From the NCBI GenBank assembly GCA_032718475.1, contig JAUCBJ010009097.1, positions 62,001 to 126,000 of the forward strand: DNA of 64,000 bases, in the 5' to 3' direction. This document shows positions 13,456-24,477 of the stretch, in pieces. The DNA is from Nemertoderma westbladi (lineage: Eukaryota; Animalia; Xenacoelomorpha). Below the pieces are notes generated by a model, which was given only the letters and a program-made list of their open reading frames with translations, had not been told where the DNA came from and ran no database searches. The position numbers and the translations under genes were made by a program. Each line of letters starts with the position of its first letter. Position 1 is the stretch's first letter.

Positions 13456-13679
13456 CTCCCCCCCATGCTATCTTCCCGGTGAGAAGATAGCATCAACCTC
13501 AAAGTGCGCTTCAATTCCGCTGGAACTCAATCTACTATCGGGTGTGGGGTGGAGTTATTTTTTCTTGGAGTCGGCTTTCCAGGCCGCTCCCTATGGGTAT
13601 GATGTCACTACCCTCTGGCGTCTCGTGTCGGGCCGATCGTGCGCTTCTTTCACACAACTTTTGTTTCCCCAATACTCTC

Positions 13680-14720
13680 ACCACTCTAACTCCGCTCTAA
13701 CTCCTCCACTCGAACTCCGCTCTAACTCCGCTCTTACTCTCTCCCCACACCTGAATCGCACTCTAACTTCTCTCTCGCCAACAACTCCATACTCCTCTCT
13801 ACTCTCTGCCACTCCCTAAGGCCCTAATCTCTAATGCTACCCCTGTGCTATCATACTATCTAACTCTCTTACTTACTAACTACTTACTACTTTCTAACTT
13901 CTCTAACTCTAACTAACTCCTACCTTACTAGAACTCTCCAACTCTCTACTAACTCTAACTCCTAACTCTACTAAAACCCTCTAACTAAGTCTACTCCGCT
14001 TACTACTTACTCTAAACTCTATTAGCTTTCTAACTCTCTACTAACTCTCTACTTCTACTAACTCTCTCTAACTCTTACCAACTCTTCTAACTACGTGGCG
14101 CTTAGGGTGCCCACAACCCCTCTGCTACTACCTCTATCTTCGTGGCGCTTGCGGTGCCCACAACCACTCTCTGCTACTACCTCCATCTGCGTGGCACTTG
14201 CGGTGCCCACAACCACTCTACTACTACCTCTACTCTGCTACTACCTCTACTTCCTCTAACTCTACTACCTCTACTTCCTCTAACTCTACTACCTCTACTC
14301 TGCTACTACCTCTACTTCCTCTAACTCTACTACCTCTACTTCATCTAACTCTACTACCTCTACTTCCTCTAACTCTACTACCTCTACTTCCTCTAACTCT
14401 ACTACCTCTACTCTGCTAACTACGTGGCGCTTAGGGTGCCCACAACCCCTCTGCTACTCTTACCAACTCTTCTGACTACGTGGCGCTTCCGGTGCCCACA
14501 ACCTCTCTACTACTTCTTTCTACGTGGCGCTTCCGGTGCCCACAACCCCTCTACTACTACTTTCTATGTGGCGCTTACGGTGCCCACAACCCCTCTACTA
14601 CTCATGGCATATTAATATACCACACTCCCTTACCCGCCGACTTCTAACACTCTACTACTACTTTCTACTACTTCTTGCTACTACTTACTATCTCTTCTAA
14701 CTATTACTTTCTACCTTCTA
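13680..14720 (-). repeat. Low-complexity C/T-rich repeats (CTCTACTA/CTCTAACT) with repeated GTGGCGCTT...GTGCCCACAACC units in the 3' UTR
   Basis: A 27-bp tandem unit at 14245-14410, and about 7 copies of the GTGGCGC..GTGCCCAC motif at 14095-14595. Confidence 0.75.
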
Positions 14721-15186
14721 CTTATTTTATTATTTAATTATTTTGTTATTTATTTTAATTAAATAATTATTGGGAAGGGCGTCTCGCCCTCATTCCCACC
14801 CCCCTCAGTCCAAAACATTGGACGACTAAACTCTAAGGTGACTCTAAGCTCTAAGGGTCTCCCTTTATCTTCCACCGATTCTTTCCAGGAGGCATTCTCC
14901 TCCCACTGCCCCCCTATATGTCCTCTTATTCTTCGCCACACTCTTTTCGCCAATTCCAACTCACCAGGAATTGGTTCTCCCTCTTCTGCCATCCCAAAAT
15001 CGGGTCTCTCCGCCGCCTTCTTAACTTCCTCGTCTCCTGGCATCAAAATGCCACCTCCCTCCTTGTTGTCTCCCGGCGGCAGAATGAAAAGAAAGTGAAA
15101 GAACAGGCAAAACAGAAGGTACAATAGTAATCCTATCCCTTTCCATCCTGTCTTCCTTCTCGACTTCCCCTTTGTCGGTATGCCTC

Positions 15187-18100
15187 TCAACCAGACCGGC
15201 GTCTCTTCTGGACACCCCTCTGGATACTCCTCCGGACACTCCTCCGGACTATTGTCCTCCTGACACTCCACCAGAACTCCTCCGGTTTGTCCTCCGGACA
15301 TCTCACCGTCCGCTCCTCTCCGTTCCCATACTGATACTTGCTGGGAAATCCATTCTCCTCCGCCCACTCTCTTACTTTTACTTCCCCATCTGGCTCATCT
15401 ACCGTTTCTGGTCTCTCTTCTGCGTCCTCTGCGTCTACGGTCCCTGGTAACATGCACCCTGATGTCTCCGTCACTCTGGATGGAATCTTGGTTTTAACTG
15501 GGCCGCTAAGCATCCATCCGAACGGCGTGAGGATCGCCATCGGGTCCCGCTGCCTGTCTTTGCCGAAGACCGTCTGTGTTCTCTCGTGGGCCGTCGGGCA
15601 GTCCATTCCTACTATAATGGATACCTTCCCAACGTCCACCTCTGGTATTGAGAAATCGATACCGTCCAGGAATGTATATTGTTCGAATTCGATGTTGGTT
15701 GGTCGCCTGGCGTTGATATTTATCGATTCTATCACGTGGATGGGGTCGATGGTCGCTCCATAGTTGCATCCCGGTGCAATCGCTGATATCCTGCACCGTC
15801 CCGTCCTCATCTCCAGGACCTCATCTTTACTTGAGACGGTAGTTCCTGCCATTCTATTCGGTCTCGTCTTTAGCCCTATCTCTTCGGCCACCCAGTTCTC
15901 CACCAGCGTGAAGGCTGCTCCACTGTCGACCAGCATTAATGTCGTTACTGATCGACCGCCCTCTCCTGATATCTTTACTGGTACTACCCCGAGTAGTACT
16001 TTTCTCTTCTTTCTTGCCGCTGTCGTGCTTGTAGCCATTGTTTGGCATCCAGTCTCGTTATCTCCTGTCGCTGTTTCTCTACACTCTCCGGATCTGTGTC
16101 CTTCTATCACATATCGATAACAAAGTCCGTTTGCGTCTGTGTATGCTATACGATCTTGTTTGGGCAACGCTTGCCAGTGCTTACAACTCCTGGTCTTATG
16201 GGTTCCATCCCGATGTAATTGACATTCGAATCCTGGATTATAGCGTTCCCTATATAGTCCTTCACGTATCGCGCGTAGGTTTATATCTATCGATTTAGTG
16301 TTTTGGTTGTCTGTACTCTGCCTACTGGGTATATTGGGATTATGTTTATTTATGGTGTTATTTTCTTTCTGTCCCTGCCACGGTGTGGCCCTACTACCAG
16401 CTAACTGTGGACTAGCAGTCCCCTGTGTGGCCGCATGTGGTAGTGACTGTCTTACTCTTGAGAATGGGTCTGTCGGATTATGTTCGGGTCTAGGCCTGTT
16501 GTATTCGGTCTTTGTTGCCTTCCCCAAACTATCCTCACTATAGACTGGGATTTGTTGCGTCGGATATATCATTGGGGGTAACGGCCCCCTCCATATTTCC
16601 GTGTCGCACGACCTGTTCTCATCCAGGGGGTTCGATGTTCTTATTACTGTTCGAGTATATTGTTGATATTGTAATGGGGGAATGTCACACTGCCCCCCCC
16701 CCCCACCGGTATGTTTGGTACTGGGGTTGATGTTAATATATTGGGGCCCATACATCTATCAGCAATAACTCTCCCCTCCCCTGGATATATGTTATGTCCC
16801 TGTGTATTATAGTCATGCTGCTGTGCTGGTACCAATACAGGCCTATCTACTTCTCGCCTACCTACCGGTATGTGCTCCTCGACTTCCGGGTTTAATCCCG
16901 CCGTCCGCGCTACCCTATCGCCTACTCTATCTCTCCTAGCATGGCCTATAATAGTATGTGCAGTAAGGCCTACAGTATGTCCTGCAGTCTGCATGTACCC
17001 TTCCGAACCGAAGTTTAGTCTTCGCGAATCTCGAATCTCCCCGCGACTACCGTACTCTCGATCGGCAGCTATATCCTGTCGGGAAGTTTCTCTTCGGTCC
17101 CCTCTTCTATTCTCGTCTTCGTATCGGTACACTCTGTACCCCTCTTCTGGCGTGCGGTGCGTTTCTCCGGGGCGACGGCAATCTCCCGAAGTTCGACCCC
17201 ACTGACTCCCTAACTCCATCTCTACCACCGACGGCTCGCTATCCGTCCTCGCTCTCCGGTTGCTCCTAGCAACGATTCTTCTATTATCTTCACTTCTTCC
17301 CTCTTCGACCTCTCGGTTAAACTCTACTAATCTTCTTCTTTCTTCGACCTCTCGGTTAAACTCTACTAATCTTCTTCTCTCTTCTGACTGGGCTCGACGT
17401 CTCGTCGCTCGCCCGCTCTCGGCGCTAACATCTGACTCTACTCTGTCCGGCTGGACCTTCCTGGGGATACTCGCCATCCCCCTACTATACTCCGTCGTCG
17501 GGTGCCGCGGTTCACCTAACTTGCCCCGCGCATTATCCGCCGACGCCTGTGGGACATTCTCTGCCCCCCCCCCCCTCTCTCGCTACTAATCTCTCATGGA
17601 GGGGTGCCCGTAGCCCCCCCCCCCCCCCCAACCGCTACTTCTAACTTCACTATCTCTTACTACACTTCTGCGTCCCTCTTGTCGGACATTTTCTACCCCC
17701 CTTCTCTCGCCACTAATCTTCTGTGGTGGGGCGCCCGTAGCCCCCCCCCCCCCCCCCCACCCGCTACTTCTAACTTCACTATCCCTTACTACACTTCTAT
17801 GACCCCCTTGTGGGGCATTCTCTGCCCCCCCTCTCTCCCTACTTATCTTCTGTGGTGGGGCGCCCGTAGCCCCCCCCCCCCCCCCCCACTCACCACATCT
17901 AACTTCATTATCTCTTACTTCACTTCTACACCCCTCTCTAGTCGACGCACTAACACTACTGCGGCTGGGTCTATTCACCCCCGCCTCTTCCTCTACAACT
18001 GCGTGGCCTACCAGGCCCACCTCGGGTTGACTCAACCCCGCTACTTCCTGCCTTCTAACTACGTGGCCTACCAGGCCCTCATTGGGGTTTCTCACCCCCG

Positions 18101-18863
18101 CCACCTCCTGCCTACTGACTACGTGGCCTACCAGGCCCCCACCTGCCGGGCCATGCACGTCCGCCACGTTCATATTAATAGCACCATTCCCAATATTATC
18201 TGTTAAATCAATTAAATCTTCTAAATCAATTAAATTATTAGAATTATTAGAATTTGAAACGGGATTATTATTTAAATTATTTAAATTAGAATTATTATTA
18301 TTTTCTAAATTTAAATTATTATTCGAATTATTTTGCGCGTTTGAATTGAAATTATTATTTAGATTATTTGTATTTAAATTTAAATTAATACTACCAGGTA
18401 AAATATTATTTGCTGCAATAAAGGGATTAGGGTTATCTACTACGGTACTATTAATACCAACTACCCCTAACGTACTATTATTACCCCCCTCACCCGTACG
18501 GCTACACCGGTTCTGATTCTGTCGCCCGGTGCTTGTAAGTGGTGTCTCACTCTCTGATAGTCCCAACCGCGCCAGTTCTAGTCGGCGCTTCAGTTTGGCT
18601 TGATATTGCGCAAGCCTCCCTATCCGGGCATGCAAATCATTCCGCACGCGCTTACCCTCTATCTATCTCTCTCTATCCCCTCGTATACTCTGCTCGGCCA
18701 ACTCTGCCCCTCTCGCAACCATCTCAAAATGCCTCGCCGGCTCGTCCTCTACTCTCATCTCCCACTCTCTACGCTCCTCGGCTCTCTCTCTACACTCCCT
18801 CTCTAACTCTTTCTGGTCTAGCGCCGCAATTGTCAATTTATACGCAAGATTTATCTCCCGCAC
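15187..18863 (-). pseudogene. Frameshifted gag-protease of the deleted element (Asn-rich region, degenerate Zn knuckle, aspartic protease)
   Basis: LLGVVPVKI...TLMLVDSGAAFTLV...VSIIVGMD...AILTPFGWMLSGP is a Pao-type protease. ORFs are broken at poly-C/G runs. Confidence 0.85.
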
Positions 18864-19092
18864 CCTTCTTTCTTTTGTGGAGGATGTAGCAGACTTATCG
18901 GTTGCGACGGACTCCCGTCGCCCCTCCGTCCTACTAACTTTCCCCTGCTTTCCGGGGTTCTCGCTGACCGACGAGACTGAATCCTCGGAAAGCGGGGGAA
19001 AGTTAGTAGGACGGAGGGGCGACGGGAGTCCGACGCAACCGATAAGTCTGCTACATCCTTCGCAAAAGAAAGAAGGGTGCGTACTGCCGTAC

Positions 19093-19453
19093 TACCGTAC
19101 TGCCGTGGCTGTACTGAGATAACTGGATAAATGAGAAAGCACCAACCGGTAATATACTGGGTTGGCCCTATTACTTGGCTGATGCCTCTCCTATCCCCCC
19201 ATTGGCTGGTTTCCCACCTCACACCTTCTACTCTGTGGGAGGGTTTCCCCCCCGCTGCTGTTACTCTCTCTCTCTCTCCGGAGGCTTAACCTCTGACCTC
19301 CATTGTGTGAGGCCCTTTTGGGGTTTGTCCTCCCCCGTTTATTGGGGGTGATACGAGGTTGGTTGTTAATCAACCTCGTACTCCCCAATATTGCTTAAAG
19401 GCGCTCTTTCCCACTTTATGGGGGTTGGTGAGGCGGAATTGAATCCGCTCACA
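19093..19453 (-). repeat. Truncated 5' LTR of the deleted element
   Basis: It matches 13088-13455, but the last ~200 bp of the LTR are missing and replaced by an inverted duplication. Confidence 0.8.
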
Positions 19454-20069
19454 ATGTTTCCTGTAGTGAGAACAACAAATAATGGTGTGGTTTATATATG
19501 GACTTCCCATTCTCCTTTCCCACAAATGTTACTAATTTGCGATCAGGACAGCAGTAGCTAAAGTCTGGAGATTCAAGGAATTCAACAACATCTTTGCGCC
19601 TAAGATTTGAAATTTGAGGCCTTCCTCGTTTATCCATGGTAACATATTTTTTGCTGTGAGGTGAAAGTGAGCAAACCAAGCTCTGCAAATCTGAATTTCG
19701 TCTTTTCGTATTTAGCGATAGCTTTCTCTTCACATTGTTCACTGACCGACTCAGCGACTGACGATTTGAATAACCAGAAGATTCCGGTACTGAAACAATT
19801 GATCCAGGTGTGAGATCTAGATGACTGTCATCAGGACCATCTGTATTACCAGTTTCAATAAGAGAATTGAAAGACAGTTTTACCTTTAAGGCAGCATTTT
19901 TCTTCTCTCTATCTTGCTTCTTTGCTACTTCATGCTTCTCTGTTCCCTTAATTTTCTCTCTGTATTGTTTCTTCCTGAGTCTTTCTTTCTCTTTATATTC
20001 TAGATCTCCTATCTCATTATGTCTCTTAGCAATAGAATTCGCCTGTCTCTCTCTCCCTGGTTTCCCCAT
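19454..20069 (-). pseudogene. N-terminal part of the split transposase-like gene
   Basis: The ORF from ATG 20069 (MGKPGRERQ..., basic N-terminus) joins in frame to 12887-11349 once the element and one TSD copy are removed (...FSLQET|LALYQL...). Confidence 0.75.
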
Positions 20070-20100
20070 ACTACTCTGGTATCTATATATATATATAGAT

Positions 20101-22275
20101 ATACGTTCGGGCTGAAGGGCCACTTTTGTATATCAAAAGTGGCCCTATTGCGACTTGGGGGGTATTAAAAAGTAGCCCTTTAGCCCCTTTTTAGCCCTTT
20201 AGCCCGAAACCACAAACGGGCTTGGATGGCCCTTTGTGTATATCCTTCCTCTAAAAAGTTATGCACCTTCATTTTATTACTAAATGAAAACACAATTTTC
20301 GGGCCACTTACCAAAATGTATAAAATGGAATTAGTGCCAAAATAGTCAAAAGGGCCAAAATTTGCCAAAATTGGCCCTCTTACTGTCTGGAATAATATAT
20401 CATTGGCCCGAACTGAGCTTACTATATAGTGAAGAAAGAAAGGGCCATAATAGGCCCTATTTGATGTGACTTCATATGAAATTTATCAAATTAGTTGAGA
20501 AGGAAACGGGCCGAACTGAAAATGAGATAAATAACATTAGGGCCATTATACAGTGGCCCTTTTGAATCCAATTTGATCCTACAAATAAACTGAGCTGAGA
20601 ATTTGAGTGGCCCACTTGTTTCAAAATTGGTTTATTAAATAAAATGACCCGAAGAAGGGGCCACTTTTACCATCATAAAGAATGAGATTAACAACATTAG
20701 GGCCATAAATATACATTGATTAAAATGGCCCGATTTAGATCCAAATTGAATAGTACCTAATCAAATTAACTGAAAAAATTATTAATTAGCGCTATTAGTC
20801 GAAGTCGATATCAACCTTATCTTGCACATACGGGCTGGAGTATTCGCGCAGCAGGAGACTTACCACTCCTACCAAATATCAGATGAATCGAATGACTGGT
20901 TCTAATTATTACTGGGGTGGTGGTGGTGGTGTCATGTGGACAATGCTCTAGAACTAAATAGGCCACCAATTTACGATGGCAAGATATTTTTATAAATATT
21001 TATAGATTTATAAATGTCATCACGATTAATGAGGAAGAGGGTCTACATACAAATTTGTGACAAAACTGCTGTTTTTGCACTTGGGGGGGGGGGGGGGGGG
21101 GGGGTTCAAACAAAAATAATGTTCACTCCTACCAAATTTCAGATGAATCTGATGGTTGGTTCTATAATTACACAGGTACTTCTACGTTTCTGTCAATTCG
21201 CCTCCCTAGCGGCAGACAGGTGAACTTTAAAGTCTGTCTGTGTGTATAATTTCTACTTAAGCAACAGCAATAACTGCCCGTTGAAGACATGGGAACTTGA
21301 AAGTCTAACCATACAGTACATAAAATATGTTCAAACAAAAATAATGTTTATTAAAATCTACATTATTTTAGTTTTAGGTTAACTGAGGTAAATATTACAT
21401 TGCAAGGCTTACAATAATCATGTTACTATTCATGTCATTTTTTGAGAAAGTTTGACTGGCCCATTTGATTCAAAATTGATTTATTAAATTAAATGAACGG
21501 GAAAAGGGCCACCTTTACTATCATAAAGAATGAGATGATTTACATTAGGGCCACAAATATACATCTTTTACAGTGGCCTTTTGCATCCAAATTGATCTTA
21601 CCAATAAACTGGGATGAAAAAGGGCCAGAATGAAATACAATGAGCTTAACAGCATTAGGGCCATACTGTAGCGCCATGGGGATATTTATGGACAAGGCTC
21701 TTTAGAGCTAGAACATAGTAACGAATAACGAACATAAGAACTATAAAAGTCCGTCTAGGCATAGAATTTCTAATTATGCAATGCTCCTTGTTCACTCCTA
21801 CCAAATTTCAGATGGAATCTGATGGTTGGTTCTATAAAAGTTTGACTGGCCCATTTGTTTCAAAATTGATTTATTAAATTAAATGAACGGGAAAAGGGCC
21901 ACCTTACTATCATAAAGAATGAGATGATTGACATTAGGGCCACAAATACATCATTTACAGTGGCCCATTTGCATCCAAATTGATCTTACAAATAAACTGA
22001 ACTGTAAGAATGAAGAGAAATAAGATGGGGCCATTGAGTTATATAGGTACACTATACCTACATATCTCACTATATATAGATATATAAGTTGGCCCTTTCG
22101 CTCGTTTTTTCAACTTTATGTATGTATATTAAAATGGTATATGTAGGAACATATATACACAAGATATGTAGATATACTAATGGCCCTTTTTACTTCCATT
22201 CTGTGTTATATACTGTAGGTACATAATACCCTTCATTTCAAAGATACATATCTATGGCCCTTTAGGCCGAACGTA
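20101..22275. mobile_element. Putative non-autonomous DNA element or transposon end with many GGGCCA/TGGCCC motifs, bounded by imperfect inverted repeats in (TA)n
   Basis: TACGTTCGGGCTGAAGGGCCA (about 20102) versus TGGCCCTTTAGGCCGAACGTA (about 22255-22275), each next to (TA)n. An internal ~160-bp duplication lies at about 21450-21610 and 21840-22000. Confidence 0.45.
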
Positions 22276-22533
22276 CATATATATATATTACATTTATAAA
22301 ATTTGCTTTTCAAGACACACTAATTATATCTTTAAAAATAATATTTGATTATTTGATATTTGACTAAAATAACATAATGAACTACAAGTAAAAAAATACC
22401 TTTCACCTTATGCCCATCCAAATGACGGAGGAGCTGTAAGTTGTCTACAAGAGTAAACTTATAACAAAAACGAAGTTAATTATTACAGTTTTCTAAGTTT
22501 TTAACATATTGCCAAAGTACATCAACGGTGGCT

Positions 22534-23265
22534 CTAACACCTAGATCGGGAGGTATTGAGATTCTGTCTGAACATTCTCCGTATAATGTAGACCTGGACC
22601 GATCCAGTGATTACCATCATCACGCATTGCATTGTAGACCACAAATTGATGTATTTATTTTTCGACAGTCCCACGAAATAATCCCGGGTGATGACGTCAT
22701 AATCCCTAGTGCATAACTGTTTGATCAAGAGGATTTCCTCTTGTATGTTAAGTAATCTATTGGTGACATCGTCGATAGCAATCATTGTTTCCTTTGTATC
22801 AGAATCCACCATTTTTTGTAACTGTTTCCTCGACCTGTTTTTATCATAAATGTTTATGAAAGTCGACACTCGAATATTACTGACACGTATTCTAGTGCTA
22901 GCGAAACAAACTTTATATTCTGCAAACTCCAAAATATTCATGTTAATTTCGCCCCGGGGTTCCAACCTCCGGAGATGGTAGGGCTGATGAAATGGAGTTT
23001 GTTTTATAAAAAATGTAAGATCTCCCCCAGTTAGTTCTTGGTAAGTGACGTAAAGTACACTCCCAGCTCGCAGTTTTTCGATAAAACAAATATCACTTCT
23101 TGGTTCTATAACTACAGTTAGTCTTTGGGATACATACCCCGGCATAATCTCTCCGAACATATTGTGATCCTCATCATCACTGGAGTTGATTGGATTTACT
23201 GCCGTTTCTTCACCGTTTATGATGTTTATAAAATAGATATAAAATGAAATTATTATTACATTCAT
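22534..23265 (-). CDS. p24/emp24/TMED family cargo receptor (gamma, TMED1/5-like), intronless, copy A
   Basis: Signal peptide, GOLD domain with Cys pair (DICFIE...YKVCF), coiled coil, TM segment INLWSTMQCVMMVITGSVQVYIIRRMF and a short cytosolic tail; 243 aa. Confidence 0.85.
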   Translation of the reverse strand: MNVIIISFYIYFINIINGEETAVNPINSSDDEDHNMFGEIMPGYVSQRLTVVIEPRSDICFIEKLRAGSVLYVTYQELTGGDLTFFIKQTPFHQPYHLRRLEPRGEINMNILEFAEYKVCFASTRIRVSNIRVSTFINIYDKNRSRKQLQKMVDSDTKETMIAIDDVTNRLLNIQEEILLIKQLCTRDYDVITRDYFVGLSKNKYINLWSTMQCVMMVITGSVQVYIIRRMFRQNLNTSRSRC

Positions 23266-23611
23266 CCTGAATATCTATTATAATTGTATAACAAGATAAT
23301 TGTATACAATATAAATTATAACTTGACTCAGAGCGGGTTGGTTAGGTTTATATAATACTATATAATAAAATAATTTCAATGGTGATCCATGGCTTCTTCA
23401 ACCATGGTACAATAGTTATTGCCTGATTGCAGCATCGATGATACAATTTTCTGAGTTTTGAAATATGCTTTTTGGAAGATAAAAAATTACTCGGTCGTTA
23501 AGCAAGCCCATTGCCCAGCCAGGTATCTTATTCGAATTTCCGAAGTCTTTAATTTGATATGGTGTTATTAAAATGTATTTATGTTTCATGTAAATTTTAT
23601 ATATTATATAT

Positions 23612-24465
23612 TAGGGCGGTGCATTTTTTACTTTTTTTCGATTTCATTGTTCTACTGGTGCGCAAAAGTTGCCAAATGGTAAAAAATTAAGGCAAGAAAA
23701 ATTTCTCTAAATTTCATCGATATCTTGACGGATCCCAAGAGGGTTGAAATTTTGAGCCATCGCGATGCACCACAATTAAAATTATAACAATATAACACAT
23801 TAATGAAAGATCAATGCCTCAAGAAAGAACTTCCTGCATGCATCAAATGTCATCAAATGGGTCCAAACTTAGTTAGATACCAAAATTTTAATTTTTGGAT
23901 CAAGGGAACTAGTGCCACAGGCACATAGACAGAACCTACCATTTGGCGCAAGTGGTGATAATTCTCAATTTTCGCGATAGCCAACTTTGAGTTCTCCTAC
24001 TGCATTAATATTATGCTCATTAGAACCGAAATTTAGTGGGGGTAGACATCTTCAAAACAAACATAGAGCGAATAGTTCGTGAAATATCGCTGAATATCGC
24101 TGAAAATGTGAAGTCCGGCACAAGTCTTCATTACCGCCTTGATGCGATATTGACAAATCCTCAAAAAATTTTATTTTGAATTATCTCAAGGAATCAAGAA
24201 TAGACACATCACAGAAATGATCGATGTAGTGGGTGGTATAGACACCTTCAAAATAAGAGTAGAGTCATTAGTTCTTGAGTTATTTTACAAAATGTCAAGA
24301 CTATATCTACCAATTAATACTTGATATTGAGTTGAATTTTGAAGGTGTCTGTATACACTAAATCAATTTTTTGCAGCGATGTGTCTATTCTTGATTCCTT
24401 GAGATAATTCAAAATATTTTTTTTGAGGATTTGACCATATCGCATCAAGGCGGTAGTGTAGACCG
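23612..24465. mobile_element. Probable non-autonomous DNA transposon fragment with an internal foldback
   Basis: It begins TAGGGCGGTGC after an AT run and contains ~130-bp inverted arms at 24122-24252 and 24338-24463. Confidence 0.4.
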
Positions 24466-24477
24466 ATCAGTAGGGGA

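Larger units (their letters stand above)
12892..19453 (-). mobile_element. Internally deleted Bel/Pao LTR retrotransposon, family B-related
   Basis: 5-bp TSD ATGTT at 12887-12891 and 19454-19458. The minus strand starts TGTGAGCGGATTCAATTCC and ends GATCCCGTCACA. A PPT lies at 13456-13465. Gag and protease are homologous to the 44011-57852 element; RT, RNase H and integrase are absent. Confidence 0.9.
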
